This document shows positions 47,331 to 59,519 of a stretch of 64,000 bases of DNA, one piece after another. A program made the translations under genes and the position numbers. The notes below the pieces were generated by a model that saw only the letters and a program-made list of their open reading frames with translations, searched no databases and was not told where the DNA came from. Positions within the stretch are counted from its first letter, which is position 1; each line of letters opens with the position of its first letter. Where the stretch lies: assembly GCA_965261975.1 (NCBI GenBank), contig CBDHEC010000056.1, positions 96,001 through 160,000 of the forward strand. The letters run 5' to 3'. Origin of the DNA: Alphaproteobacteria bacterium (GTDB lineage: Bacteria > Pseudomonadota > Alphaproteobacteria > UBA6615).

Positions 47331-48008
47331 TCAGCTTGTCGGCGCCGACTGGCTGGAGCCCGTCGGCTGCTCGCCGGCGTCCATCTGGTCGGCGAACTTA
47401 TGGTTTCGGTCGCGGTGGCCTGCCTCATCCTCGCGCACCACGAGCACCACGTCACGCAGGGTCGCGTCGGCCGGAAGGTTCCAATAGTCGATCGCGATCT
47501 GGGGGGCGGCCACGTTTTCCTGCCGCCCGGCGTCGATCTCGCCCAGATAATGGGTGTAGCTGATGACGGCCTCCTCCTCGAAATAGCCGACCACACGATG
47601 GGCGGTCCGGGGCGCGAAGAGATAGAGGAGGAAGTAGAAATTGTAGAAGATCGCCTGCGTGATCATCACCACGAAACGCTCGAACGTCGTGGGCTGTGCG
47701 ACCTGGACGAAGGTCATCAGGTGCATGCGCTCATTGTCGGCTTCCTCCAGCAATTCGCGGATCCAGCCCTGGTCGTCACGGATATGACGTAACGCTTTCA
47801 GATGCTGCAGCAGTCCACCGACCATGCCCGGGACGGCGGCGACGGTCTCCAGCACGATGGCGCGGTGGCCGTAGCGCCTGGCGAAGAACCAGTCTGCGAA
47901 GAAACGCAGGAACTTCACCAGAGCGAAGGCGAAGTGGTCGCTGAAGCCGTGGGGTAAGCGGTGCGGTGACGCGTACTCGGCGACCGTAACCTGGGTGTCT
48001 GCGGTCAT
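47331..48008 (-). CDS. aox: alternative (ubiquinol) oxidase
   Basis: Di-iron motifs [27 protein letters not shown] and REDEAGH. Confidence 0.93.
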   Translation of the reverse strand: MTADTQVTVAEYASPHRLPHGFSDHFAFALVKFLRFFADWFFARRYGHRAIVLETVAAVPGMVGGLLQHLKALRHIRDDQGWIRELLEEADNERMHLMTFVQVAQPTTFERFVVMITQAIFYNFYFLLYLFAPRTAHRVVGYFEEEAVISYTHYLGEIDAGRQENVAAPQIAIDYWNLPADATLRDVVLVVREDEAGHRDRNHKFADQMDAGEQPTGSSQSAPTS

Positions 48009-48121
48009 CTCACGTTGCTCCTGTCGGTGCCACTGGGACGAACGCAAATCTTCAATCATCAAGTGGGGTGCACTCGACCTCTTGGCAAGGCGGGTGGTGC
48101 GGCGTGAGGTCGCGCGCGAAA

Positions 48122-48859
48122 TCATTCAATCGACGTCGCGACCTCCAGCAAAATCGCCGTCAGTTCATCGGGTGCCGACAATTGCGGCGCGTGGTCCGTG
48201 TCCAGCGTGTGGAGCGTTTCGCAGGGGGTTTCGGTGTACATGCGCTTTTGCAACTCGTTGAAGACGGACCGGTCCTGCAGTGTCTCGATGTAGATTCGCG
48301 GCACGCGCGCGAAATTTTCGTCGCCGAGGTGCAGCCTGGAGCGCCGCCCGCCTTCGGGTTGCGGTGTGAGTTGGCTGGCGGCGATCTTCGCGTCGGCCGG
48401 GTCGGCGGTGTTGTAGAACACGTTGACGGCGGATGCCGGGTCGATCATCGACAGGTGGCCGTCATCGGAATAGCTCACCCGGGCGTGGGCGCCGGTCATC
48501 CAGTCCTCCCAGGCCCGGTCGTAGAAGTCGACGATGGATTCCCCGTCCGGCAGCAGGAAGGCGCAGAGATAGACCGCGACCGAGATGGCGTCGGGCCGCA
48601 GTTCCGAGGTTTGTGCGGCCACCGTACCTCCCATCGAATGGCCGACCAGAATCACGGGAGCGGCCGCCCCGTCGATCAACGATGCCACATGCTCGGCATA
48701 CAGCATCGTGGTGACGTCGCCCGGAGCGGTGTCGTCGTGGCCGTTGCCGGGCAGGTCCACGGCAATGGCCGTATGCCCGTTGGCTTCGAGCAGCGGCACG
48801 ACACGCGACCAGGCCCATGCGCCCTGCCAGGCCCCGTGCACCAGAACGAAGGTCGCCAT
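48122..48859 (-). CDS. alpha/beta hydrolase (methylesterase/SABP2-like)
   Basis: [24 protein letters not shown] and DHAP. Confidence 0.88.
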   Translation of the reverse strand: MATFVLVHGAWQGAWAWSRVVPLLEANGHTAIAVDLPGNGHDDTAPGDVTTMLYAEHVASLIDGAAAPVILVGHSMGGTVAAQTSELRPDAISVAVYLCAFLLPDGESIVDFYDRAWEDWMTGAHARVSYSDDGHLSMIDPASAVNVFYNTADPADAKIAASQLTPQPEGGRRSRLHLGDENFARVPRIYIETLQDRSVFNELQKRMYTETPCETLHTLDTDHAPQLSAPDELTAILLEVATSIE

Positions 48860-48861
48860 AC

Positions 48862-49860
48862 CTACTCGTCCGTCTCGAGACGGGTGGCCGTGTACATCGA
48901 CACCCGGTAGGGGCCCGAGAAGACCGGCTCATACTTCGGCGGGTTGTCGGCGTCGGTGCAGGTCGGGATGCAGGTAATCTCGGCGTCGTAATTGGGGTGA
49001 TGGAAGAACACCACCGACAGCCGGTCGCTGTTGTCGCCCGCATCCTCGGGCGGGATCGCCACGCGGTGGGGGTTGGAGACGAACCGGTCGTTGGTCCAGC
49101 GCATCATCAGGTCGCCGATATTGATCACGAAGGAATCCGCCGGCGTGGGCACGGCGATCCAGTCTCCCTCGCGCGTCTGCACCTCAAGCCCGCCGGGCCG
49201 GTCCTCGCTCAGCAGCAGGGTGAAGGTGCCGTAGTCGGTGTGGGTGCCCGCGCGCAGCTGGCCGGGCAGGGCCGCGCCGGCCAGCGGTGGGTAGCGGATG
49301 ATGCGCAGCGCCCCGATCTGGCGGTCGGTGTATTTGCGGAAGAACTCATCGGGCAGATCGAGGGCGCGGGCGAAGATTTCCTCGATCGTCTGGCCGAGAA
49401 TTTCCAGCCGCCGGTAATAGGCGCTGGCCGCCGCGCGGAAGTCCGCAGGTTGGTCGGGATAGACATTCTCGATGAAATGCGCGGCCGCGGCCTCGCGCTT
49501 GAAGTAGTCCTCGTCGGGGAAATCCGGCGGCCCCATGTGGAAGACTTCCTTCAGGTCCGGCGGGGTTTCCTCCCCCGACCCGTAGGCCAGTCCCTCGTCG
49601 CCGATGGCGCGGTAACCGCGAGGAAGGGACGGGTCGGCATGATGGACCGTCGCCTTCTCGCCGGCCGGGCGCGCGAAGAAGGCCTTCGCGTTGTTTCGCA
49701 GGCTGTCGATGATCTCGGGCTCGACCCCGTGCCCGGTGATCGCGAAGAAGCCGATGCCTTCGCAGGCCTCGCGCACCGCATCGACCACGCGCGCCTGCGC
49801 CGCCGTGTCGCCTGAAATGTAGGGCGCGATATCGATGACGGGGACGCGCGTTTGAGCCAT
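48862..49860 (-). CDS. 2-oxoglutarate/Fe(II) dioxygenase (isopenicillin N synthase family)
   Basis: PVIDI, GFF...HG, HTDYG, NIGD, HRV and RLS motifs. Confidence 0.92.
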   Translation of the reverse strand: MAQTRVPVIDIAPYISGDTAAQARVVDAVREACEGIGFFAITGHGVEPEIIDSLRNNAKAFFARPAGEKATVHHADPSLPRGYRAIGDEGLAYGSGEETPPDLKEVFHMGPPDFPDEDYFKREAAAAHFIENVYPDQPADFRAAASAYYRRLEILGQTIEEIFARALDLPDEFFRKYTDRQIGALRIIRYPPLAGAALPGQLRAGTHTDYGTFTLLLSEDRPGGLEVQTREGDWIAVPTPADSFVINIGDLMMRWTNDRFVSNPHRVAIPPEDAGDNSDRLSVVFFHHPNYDAEITCIPTCTDADNPPKYEPVFSGPYRVSMYTATRLETDE

Positions 49861-49863
49861 GCC

Positions 49864-50646
49864 CTATCCCCGCGCCGATCTCGAATGCTGGCCGCCGTCG
49901 GCCATGATCACGGTGCCGGAGACCCAGGATGCGCGCGCGCTGGCGAGGTAGGCGGCGAGCCAACCCATTTCCTCGGGCAATCCGGGGCGCCCGCCGGGCA
50001 GCGATTTGTGGGTCTCGCGCCAGCGGGACTCGTCGCCGAATTCCATGTCGGCGTTGATCTTGGCCTGGCTGACCAGCCGCTCAGTCTCGATCGGGCCGGG
50101 GTTGATGCCGACGACGCGTACGCCGTGATCGAGGCTTTCGGCCCCCAGTGCACGGGTGAGCTGCATCAGGGCGGCATTGCCCATGGAGCCCGCGATATAG
50201 CCCGCGCGCGGGCGCTCGCCGGCCATGCCGATGACGTTGACGATGGCGCCTGCGCCGCGCTCGCACATGCGCGGATAAATCTCGCGGATCAGGCCGACGA
50301 AGCCGAAGACCTTGAGGTCCCAGGCGTCCTTGATGGTGTTGTCGTCGAGCCGGGCGAGGTCGCCGGCGGGGATCGCGCCGGCATTGTTGACCAGGATGTC
50401 GCTGTCACCGGCGGCTTCGGCAATTGCCTTGACCGCTTCGGGCTTCGACAGATCGAGCGCGTGGACGGTCACCTGGGCGCCGAAACGCTCGTTCAGGTCG
50501 TCACGCAGGGTGTTGAGGTCTGCCTCGGTGCGCGAGACAAGGTGCAGCGAGCAGCCTTCCTCGGCCAGCACCTCGGCGACGGCCTTGCCGATGCCCTTGC
50601 TGGCACCGGTCACGATTGCGGTTTTGCCGTTGAGTTCCAGGTCCAT
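49864..50646 (-). CDS. short-chain dehydrogenase/reductase
   Basis: TGASKGIG, NNAG, YIAGSMGNAAL (atypical YxxxK region) and DGG. Confidence 0.87.
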   Translation of the reverse strand: MDLELNGKTAIVTGASKGIGKAVAEVLAEEGCSLHLVSRTEADLNTLRDDLNERFGAQVTVHALDLSKPEAVKAIAEAAGDSDILVNNAGAIPAGDLARLDDNTIKDAWDLKVFGFVGLIREIYPRMCERGAGAIVNVIGMAGERPRAGYIAGSMGNAALMQLTRALGAESLDHGVRVVGINPGPIETERLVSQAKINADMEFGDESRWRETHKSLPGGRPGLPEEMGWLAAYLASARASWVSGTVIMADGGQHSRSARG

Positions 50647-50757
50647 GGTTTTCCCCGAATTGCTTTGCTGTTGTTTTCGTTCTTCGTTGCCAACGAGGCT
50701 AGTGGGGATGCGATATCGAGGCAACGCTGTTGGGGTCGCGTTTGGGCGCCGAACCCC

Positions 50758-50786
50758 TTGCCAGCGGTGCCTTGCGCGGCTATAAC
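50758..50786 (+). promoter_or_regulatory. sigma70-type promoter of rpmI-rplT
   Basis: TTGCCA-N17-TATAAC. Confidence 0.6.
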
Positions 50787-50885
50787 CCCGCGCATTCCGA
50801 ATAGCGACGGTGCGGCAGGGCGAAATCTAACGCCCGGGGCAGCCCAGCCGTCGAGCGAAACACGCGAAATTAAAGCGAGGACAAA

Positions 50886-51092
50886 ATGCCCAAGATGAAG
50901 ACCAAAGCGTCGGTCAAGAAGCGATTCCGCGTCTCGGCCTCCGGCAAAATCCGAATGAAGCCTTCGGGCATGCGTCACGGCATGCGCAAGCGCTCCCAGT
51001 CCATGAAGCGCAAAGCGCGCAAGATCGGCAACATCGCCAAGTCGGACGAGAAGATTCTCCGGCCGATGATGCCCTATGCGAAGAGGGGCTAA
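50886..51092 (+). CDS. rpmI: 50S ribosomal protein L35
   Basis: MPKMKTKASVKKRF...RH. Confidence 0.96.
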   Translation: MPKMKTKASVKKRFRVSASGKIRMKPSGMRHGMRKRSQSMKRKARKIGNIAKSDEKILRPMMPYAKRG

Positions 51093-51095
51093 CCG

Positions 51096-51461
51096 ATGTC
51101 ACGCGCAAAAAGCACCGTGCAGCGCAACGCACGCCGCAAGAAGGTTCTCAAGGCCGCCAAGGGCTACCGGGGCCGCAATTCCAAGGTCTACCGCGTCGCG
51201 AAAGAGCGGGTCGAGAAGGGCCTGCAATACGCCTATCGCGATCGCAAGGTCCGCAAGCGCAACTTCCGTTCGCTCTGGATTCAGCGCATTAACGCGGGTG
51301 CCCGCGAGCACGGCATGACCTATTCCCAGTTTATGTCCGGGATGAAGCAGGCCGGCATCGAGCTCGATCGCAAGGTCCTGTCGGACCTGGCCATCCGCGA
51401 GCCGGAAGCCTTCAAGAACCTGGTCGACCAGGCGCAGGCCGCCCTCAACGCATCCGCCTGA
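51096..51461 (+). CDS. rplT: 50S ribosomal protein L20
   Basis: [23 protein letters not shown] and DRKVL. Confidence 0.97.
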   Translation: MSRAKSTVQRNARRKKVLKAAKGYRGRNSKVYRVAKERVEKGLQYAYRDRKVRKRNFRSLWIQRINAGAREHGMTYSQFMSGMKQAGIELDRKVLSDLAIREPEAFKNLVDQAQAALNASA

Positions 51462-51507
51462 ACCGGTCCCTCAAGGGGGCACTCAGCCGGATCGAACGGG
51501 AAACGCC

Positions 51508-52596
51508 ATGACCGCGCTTGACGTCACTGAGTTGCAAGCATCCCTGCTGGCCGAAGTGGCCGCGGCGGACAGCCTCGACGCGCTCGAGGCCGTCCGGGTG
51601 TCGGCGCTTGGCAAGAAGGGCCGCATTACCGACCAGATGAAAGGCCTGGGCCAGCTCGACGGCGAGGCCCGCAAGGAGGCCGGTCAGGCCCTCAACCGGG
51701 TCAAGGACGCGGTCCAGGACGCGATCACCGCGCGCCAGGCCGACCTCGATGCCGCCGCACTCGAGGCGCGCCTCGCCCATGAGACGATCGATGTCACATT
51801 GCCGCCGCGCCCACGTTCGGGGGGGCATTTGCATCCGGTCAGCCAGGTGACGGAAGAATGCATCGCGATCTTCGGCGAGATGGGCTTCACCGTCGCCGAG
51901 GGGCCGGACATCGAGGATGATTTCCATAACTTCACGGCCCTGAACATCCCGCCCGAGCATCCGGCGCGCCAGATGCACGACACCTTCTATCTGGAAGGTG
52001 CGGACGGGGCCGCGCCACCGGTACTGCGGACCCACACCTCGCCGGTGCAGATCCGCACGATGGAAACCTCGAAACCGCCGATCCGGGTGATCGCGCCGGG
52101 GCGTACCTATCGCAGCGATTCCGATGCCACCCACACGCCCATGTTCCACCAGATCGAGGCGCTGGTCATCGACGAGACGACCCATCTGGGCCATCTCAAG
52201 GGTTGCATCATCGATTTCTGCCGGGCCTTCTTCGATATTCCCGACCTGCCGGTGCGTTTCCGGCCGAGCCATTTCCCCTTCACCGAACCATCCATGGAAG
52301 TCGATATCGGCTGCTCGCGCGAGGGCGGCGAGTTGCGGATCGGCAATTTCGGCGAGGGCGCGGACAATTGGCTCGAGATCATGGGGTCGGGCATGGTCCA
52401 CCCCAAGGTGCTCGAATATGGCGGCATCGATTCCGCCAAGTATCAGGGTTTCGCCTTCGGCATGGGGATCGACCGGATCGCGATGCTGAAATACGGCATC
52501 CCCGATCTGCGCACCTTCTTCGACGCCGACATCCGCTGGCTAAAGCATTACGGCTTTGTACCGCTCGCCGTGCCGTCGATGGTTCGCGGGCTGTAG
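51508..52596 (+). CDS. pheS: phenylalanine--tRNA ligase alpha subunit
   Basis: [25 protein letters not shown] and GFAFGMG. Confidence 0.98.
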   Translation: MTALDVTELQASLLAEVAAADSLDALEAVRVSALGKKGRITDQMKGLGQLDGEARKEAGQALNRVKDAVQDAITARQADLDAAALEARLAHETIDVTLPPRPRSGGHLHPVSQVTEECIAIFGEMGFTVAEGPDIEDDFHNFTALNIPPEHPARQMHDTFYLEGADGAAPPVLRTHTSPVQIRTMETSKPPIRVIAPGRTYRSDSDATHTPMFHQIEALVIDETTHLGHLKGCIIDFCRAFFDIPDLPVRFRPSHFPFTEPSMEVDIGCSREGGELRIGNFGEGADNWLEIMGSGMVHPKVLEYGGIDSAKYQGFAFGMGIDRIAMLKYGIPDLRTFFDADIRWLKHYGFVPLAVPSMVRGL

Positions 52597-52605
52597 GGGG
52601 CGGCG

Positions 52606-55011
52606 ATGAAGTTCACCCTGTCATGGCTGAAAGACCATCTGGAGACCGACGCGTCGGTCGACGAGATCGTCGAGACGCTGATCCGCATCGGCCTCGAGGT
52701 CGACACGGTCGATGACCCGGGCGCCAAGCTGGCCGCCTTCACTGTCGCCCATGTCGTCGCCGCCGAACGCCACCCGGACGCCGATCGCCTCCAGGTCTGC
52801 ACCGTCGACACCGGCGAAGAGCAGGTCCAGGTCGTGTGCGGCGCGCCCAACGCGCGCGCCGGCATGAAGGGCGTGTTCGCACCGGCGGGCACCTATGTGC
52901 CGGGTATCGATGTCGAGCTGAAGAAGACCAAGATCCGCGGCGTCGAATCCAACGGCATGCTGGTGTCCGAGCGCGAGATGGGCCTGTCCGACGAACATGA
53001 CGGGATTATCGAGCTGCCCGAAGATGCGCCCCTGGGCGAACCGTTCGCCGGCGTTCTCGGCCTCGACGATCCGGTGATCGACATCGAGCTGACCCCCAAC
53101 CGCCCCGACTGCACCGGCGTACGCGGCATCGCCCGCGACCTGGCCGCCGCGGGGCTCGGTACCCTCAAGCCGTTTGATGCGGCCGCACCCGTCGCGGGCA
53201 GTTATGACAGCCCGGTCTCCTGGGCGATCGCCGACGACGGCAACGCATGTTCCTACGTGGTCGGGCGGCATTTCCGTGGCGTCACCAACCGGCCGTCGCC
53301 CCAATGGGTGCAGGACCGGCTGCGCGCCATCGGCCTGCGGCCGATCTCGGCGCTGGTCGATGTCACCAACTATGTGTCGATCGATCTGGGCCGGCCGCTG
53401 CATGTATTCGATGCGGGCAAGCTGAGCGGCAACACGCTCACCATGCGCCGGGCGCGCGACGGCGAGACCTTCATGTCGCTGGTCGAGCGGGAATACACGC
53501 TGGACAGCGAGATGACCGTGATCGGCGACGGCGACAAGGCCGAGGCGGCCGCCGGTGTCATGGGCGGGCTCGATTCAAGCTGCACCGAGGAGACCACCGA
53601 CGTGTTCCTCGAGGTGGCGCTGTTTGACCCGATTTCAGTCGCGACCACCGGCCGCAAGCTGCAGATCGATTCCGATGCGCGCTACCGGTTCGAGCGCGGC
53701 GTGGATCCGGAATCCGCGAACTGGGGGGCGGATGTCGCCACCCGCTTGATCCTCGAATTCTGCGGCGGCGAGACCAGCGGGCATGTCACCGCCGGGGCGA
53801 TGCCGGACTGGAAACAGGATATCGAACTACGCACCGACCGGGTCGCGACCCTGGGGGGCGTGGACATTCCGCCCGCGCGCCAGGCCGAGATTCTCGATGG
53901 GCTGGGTTTTGAAACGGAGACCAGCGGCGATGTCATTACCGCCGGCGTGCCGCCCTGGCGGCCGGACGTGCATGGCGAGCCGGACCTGGTCGAGGAAATC
54001 ACCCGCATTCACGGTTTCGATGAGATCGCACCGGTCTCGCTCGATCGCGACACGGCGCTGCCATCCGCCGCGATCACGCCGGCACAGCTGCGCACCAGCC
54101 GGGTGCGCCGGGCGCTCGCCGCCCAGGGCCTCGACGAGGCGGTGACCTGGTCCTTCATGGGCCGCGCCCATGCCGAGCTTTTCGCAGACGACGCCGACAT
54201 GATGGACGGCCTGATGCTGGCCAACCCGATCTCCAGCGAGCTCGATGCGATGCGGCCCTCGATCCTCGGCAATCTGTTGCTCGCCGCCGGCCGCAACGCC
54301 GACCGTGGCTTCGCCGATCTCGGCCTGTTCGAGCTCGGGCCTGCCTATCGCGACGCCAGCCCCGACGGCCAGCTTCTGGTCGCCGCCGGCGTGCGCCATG
54401 GCAATGCCCACCCGGCCCACTGGTCGGGACAGGCGCGCGGCGCCGATGCGCTGGACGCCAAGGCCGATGCGCTGGCCGGGCTCGATGCCGCCGGCGCGCC
54501 GACCGCCAATCTTCAGGTCAGCCGCGACGCGCCTTCCTGGTATCACCCGGGCCGTTCGGGCGGGTTGCGCCTGGGCAAGAATGTGCTGGCATGGTTCGGC
54601 GAGATTCACCCCGGCGTGCTCCGCAAGCTCGACGTGCGCGGCCCCGCGATCGGATTCGAGCTGTTCCTCGACGCGCTGCCCGAGCGCAAGGACAAGAGCG
54701 CGGCCCGTCCGCCGCTGCATCTTTCGGCGCTGCAACCGGTCCGCCGCGACTTCGCCTTCATGGTCTATACGGACGTCGAGGCCGGCAATGTTATCCGCGC
54801 CGCGCGCGGTGCCGAACGCGACCTGATTTCCGGCGTTGAACTGTTCGACATCTATGACGGCAAGAATATCGAAGACGGCAAGAAGTCGCTCGCCATTCAG
54901 GTCACCCTGCAGCCCGTCGACGCGACCCTGACCGATGACGAGATCGACAAGATCGCGGCGAAGATCGTCGCGGCTGTCGAGAAGGCGACCGGCGGAAGTT
55001 TGCGGGGGTAA
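52606..55011 (+). CDS. pheT: phenylalanine--tRNA ligase beta subunit
   Basis: HPDAD, CGAPN, TPNRPD, RFERG and RRDFAF. Confidence 0.98.
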   Translation: MKFTLSWLKDHLETDASVDEIVETLIRIGLEVDTVDDPGAKLAAFTVAHVVAAERHPDADRLQVCTVDTGEEQVQVVCGAPNARAGMKGVFAPAGTYVPGIDVELKKTKIRGVESNGMLVSEREMGLSDEHDGIIELPEDAPLGEPFAGVLGLDDPVIDIELTPNRPDCTGVRGIARDLAAAGLGTLKPFDAAAPVAGSYDSPVSWAIADDGNACSYVVGRHFRGVTNRPSPQWVQDRLRAIGLRPISALVDVTNYVSIDLGRPLHVFDAGKLSGNTLTMRRARDGETFMSLVEREYTLDSEMTVIGDGDKAEAAAGVMGGLDSSCTEETTDVFLEVALFDPISVATTGRKLQIDSDARYRFERGVDPESANWGADVATRLILEFCGGETSGHVTAGAMPDWKQDIELRTDRVATLGGVDIPPARQAEILDGLGFETETSGDVITAGVPPWRPDVHGEPDLVEEITRIHGFDEIAPVSLDRDTALPSAAITPAQLRTSRVRRALAAQGLDEAVTWSFMGRAHAELFADDADMMDGLMLANPISSELDAMRPSILGNLLLAAGRNADRGFADLGLFELGPAYRDASPDGQLLVAAGVRHGNAHPAHWSGQARGADALDAKADALAGLDAAGAPTANLQVSRDAPSWYHPGRSGGLRLGKNVLAWFGEIHPGVLRKLDVRGPAIGFELFLDALPERKDKSAARPPLHLSALQPVRRDFAFMVYTDVEAGNVIRAARGAERDLISGVELFDIYDGKNIEDGKKSLAIQVTLQPVDATLTDDEIDKIAAKIVAAVEKATGGSLRG

Positions 55012-55060
55012 ATCGGTTGTTTTGGCGGTCTCCGTCGGGTCGTTTCATGAGGCGGACGAG

Positions 55061-55750
55061 ATGATTTCAGATTCCGACGCGCGCCTTCCCACCAGATTGC
55101 TGGCCCTGACCTTTGCCGCGCTGCTGCTGAGCGCCTGTGCGGAACTGTCGTTCGAGGTTCTTTCGGACAAGCCCGCCGCGAAAAACGGCACCGAGGCTGC
55201 GACGCCCCGGCCTTCGCCGCGGGCAGATTTTGGTGTCTCGATCGAGGAACTTAACGAATATGCGGCCGGGCGCGATGTTTCATGGGAAGTCAGCTGGGCC
55301 GGCGGCGCGCGCGCGGAGTATGTTGCTGTCAGCCCGATCGGCGGGAGCGCGCGGAACGCGTTGACCGTCGCCGTGTCGGCCCGCGACGGGCAGGTGGCCA
55401 AGATCACCGGGCGGATCGGGCGGCGCTGGATCGACGAGCGCCAGTACAACCGGTTCTATGGCGAGCTCTCGAGCTTCTTCGATCATGCGCTTGCCGGCCG
55501 TACCCGCGACTTCGCGCTGGACAGATGGGTCGAGAACATCCATCTATCCAATCGGTTGGCACCGCGCGGCGCTTGGTCGTTCGTGACCGAGCGCGAAGAG
55601 GACGTCGTTGTGTCTTACGTGTTGACCGACGGCGACCTGGCGTTCGTGGCGACGGCCGATCCGAACTGCGCCGCAGAGGTAGAGAAAGGACCCGAGGTGT
55701 GGCGCTTTGGGCCGCCCGAGGGGATTTGTGGCGGTGTGTTTCCGCGTTAG
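55061..55750 (+). CDS. hypothetical lipoprotein
   Basis: Hydrophobic stretch ending in a lipobox LSAC; start re-called at ATG 55061. Confidence 0.6.
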   Translation: MISDSDARLPTRLLALTFAALLLSACAELSFEVLSDKPAAKNGTEAATPRPSPRADFGVSIEELNEYAAGRDVSWEVSWAGGARAEYVAVSPIGGSARNALTVAVSARDGQVAKITGRIGRRWIDERQYNRFYGELSSFFDHALAGRTRDFALDRWVENIHLSNRLAPRGAWSFVTEREEDVVVSYVLTDGDLAFVATADPNCAAEVEKGPEVWRFGPPEGICGGVFPR

Positions 55751-55774
55751 TTATCCACAAAGAGTTGTGGACAA
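55751..55774. promoter_or_regulatory. inverted pair of DnaA boxes upstream of lepA
   Basis: TTATCCACA (perfect) at 55751-55759; TTGTCCACA on the minus strand at 55766-55774. Confidence 0.65.
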
Positions 55775-55897
55775 AATAGTGTGTGTAATCCCGCAAAACA
55801 GGGGTATTTGGGACTTATCCCCGTTTTTGATGGTATGTGAGTAACCGACCGTAGCAACCTGATTTCATGTTTCGTTCTCTTAATAGCCTGAGCCGTA

Positions 55898-57700
<1,803 letters not shown>

Positions 57701-57715
57701 GCGGCGGGCCCGCTT

Positions 57716-58036
57716 CTAGGTAAACATCCCGGTCTTGCGCCGCCGTGCGCGGAACAGCCAGCTCAGCAACACCCCCGGCACACCGAACACGAACAGGGCG
57801 GGCCAGGTCAGCAATGTCGAGATGACCGGGTGCCAGAGCCAGGGGCCGATCACGGGAACGTGCCGCGCGATTGCGGGCTCGGCGACCTGCAGGCTGGTCT
57901 GGTGCAGGGAGAACCACAGTTCGCCCGCGGCGATCAGGCTCAGCGATCCGGCATCGATGGACGCGAGCACGTCCCGCGCCAGCACCGCCAGTGCCGCGAT
58001 CAGAAATATCCAGCCTATTAATCGGCCTACTATCAT
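57716..58036 (-). CDS. small hypothetical membrane protein
   Basis: Two hydrophobic segments flanking GELW...WLWHP. Confidence 0.6.
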   Translation of the reverse strand: MIVGRLIGWIFLIAALAVLARDVLASIDAGSLSLIAAGELWFSLHQTSLQVAEPAIARHVPVIGPWLWHPVISTLLTWPALFVFGVPGVLLSWLFRARRRKTGMFT

Positions 58037-58195
58037 GGCCCGTCGGGCCCCGCGTTTCCGTTTTTCTTGTTTAGGCTCTTGAACAATACTAACCGCAGTC
58101 GGTGCGTCGTACACAAGCCTTAGTCCCGATCAATTTTATGAAACCGCTCCGTGGTTGCCAGCGTGGGTCCGGTCGGCTATCCAGTGTCCCAGCGC

Positions 58196-58285
58196 GGAGG
58201 GGTGGCCGAGTGGCTGAAGGCGCACGCTTGGAAAGCGTGTAAACGGGCGACCGTTTCGAGGGTTCGAATCCCTCTCCCTCCGCCA
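58196..58285 (+). tRNA. tRNA-Ser (anticodon GGA)
   Basis: GGAGGGG acceptor, anticodon arm CACGC-TTGGAAA-GCGTG, long variable arm, GGTTCGAATCC T-arm and encoded CCA. Confidence 0.97.
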
Positions 58286-58648
58286 CTTAACCTCCCGCAA
58301 ACACCCAACGACTTACTGTTCTTCAGAGGCACCGTAATTCGTCCGTCACTTCCGTGGGTTAGCGCGATAGCGCGTGATGCAACCACCGACAGAGACGAAC
58401 TTGGTGCGCCAATTGGCATCGCAATGGCGCGAAAGTCTCTTAGCGTTGTATTGGTGGTACGACAAACGCTCGCGGCAGAGATGGTGAACCCTACGAGTCA
58501 AAGTCTTGGGTGTGCGGCAGTAAGCCGTTCGATACCCACGCTATTGTGACTGGTGATGTTCAGGCGGTACTTTGTCCGCGCGTGAAATTGCACCGGTGGA
58601 AGCAAGAACGAGTGCTGACTCTGAATCAGTTGGTTCTGTAATCGGTGA

Positions 58649-59165
58649 CTACGTAATTCCGAGCAACCTACGCTGTTCTTCCCAATCCACCGGAAGCTGC
58701 GTTCCGTTGGCGAGCTGCTTTGCGGTCAATTCTAGTGGGTAACGGTCGTTTAGGAGCGTGGTGACGATATCAGGACTGAGAAAGCTGAGCCGTAAGATTC
58801 TGGTGAAGTAGGAGCTTCCGACGCCCACTTCGGCAGCAAGTTCAGACATGGACTTTCCGCCTCCCTGCAACAGTAACTCACGATAATTGTGGGCCTGAGC
58901 GAGAACCCGATGGAGGCTATGATCGGGCTTGCGCCGAGCGCCGCTGTCTTCTTTCTGAATCAACAGCCGGGCTTCCATGCCAGCGCGTTTGAAGCAGGTT
59001 GGCACAGACAGCACGATGCAGTCCCCATCGTCGGCGTCTGATGATGAGCGTTCCTCGGGATTGCTACCAACCAGATCGATAGCGTTTATCCGATCGGGAT
59101 GAATATGGATATTGATAGCCTCGCTTAGAACTTCTATGCGCTCGACAATTGTCAGGAGGATCCCG
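58649..59165 (-). pseudogene. C-terminal fragment of a large serine recombinase-like gene, truncated by the IS
   Basis: KRAG.E.RL, VLAQAH...SMSELA...SYFTRILRLSFLSPDIV...LPVDWEEQR resembles the tail of alphaproteobacterial island recombinases; lower GC than the flanks; abuts the IS left end. Confidence 0.65.
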
Positions 59166-59240
59166 TGACCTGCTCCCCTGAATTCGGTCCAGGGAAATTG
59201 AGAGAGTCCGGCTAACCTGAACCTCGAGGAGGAGGAGACG

Positions 59241-59519
59241 ATGAGCCGGAAGCGATACACCCCAGAACAGATTATCGGGATGCTGCGGGAGGCCGAGGTG
59301 CGCCTGTCGCAGGGCGAGACGGTCGGCGTGATCTGCCGAGGTCTGAGTATCTCGGAGCAGAGTTATTACCGCTGGCGTCGCGAGTATGGCGGATTGCGAG
59401 TGGACCAGGCGAAGCGTCTGAAGGAACTGGAGAAGGAGAACGCGCGGCTTCGGCGGGCGGTCTCTGATCTGACGCTGGACAAGCTGATCCTGAAAGAGGT
59501 TGCGGAGGGAAACTTCTAA
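59241..59519 (+). CDS. IS3 transposase OrfA (HTH)
   Basis: [10 protein letters not shown]...[15 protein letters not shown]...[10 protein letters not shown]; GGAGG SD. Confidence 0.92.
   Translation: MSRKRYTPEQIIGMLREAEVRLSQGETVGVICRGLSISEQSYYRWRREYGGLRVDQAKRLKELEKENARLRRAVSDLTLDKLILKEVAEGNF

Noticed and set aside
50790-50885. Possible L20 leader / autoregulatory RNA upstream of rpmI
   Set aside because: The position is plausible, but I could not identify a convincing structure by eye; it needs an Rfam scan.
58089-58549. ORFs 58089-58286 ([10 protein letters not shown]...) and 58151-58549
   Set aside because: They are translations of the tRNA-Ser gene and its antisense strand.
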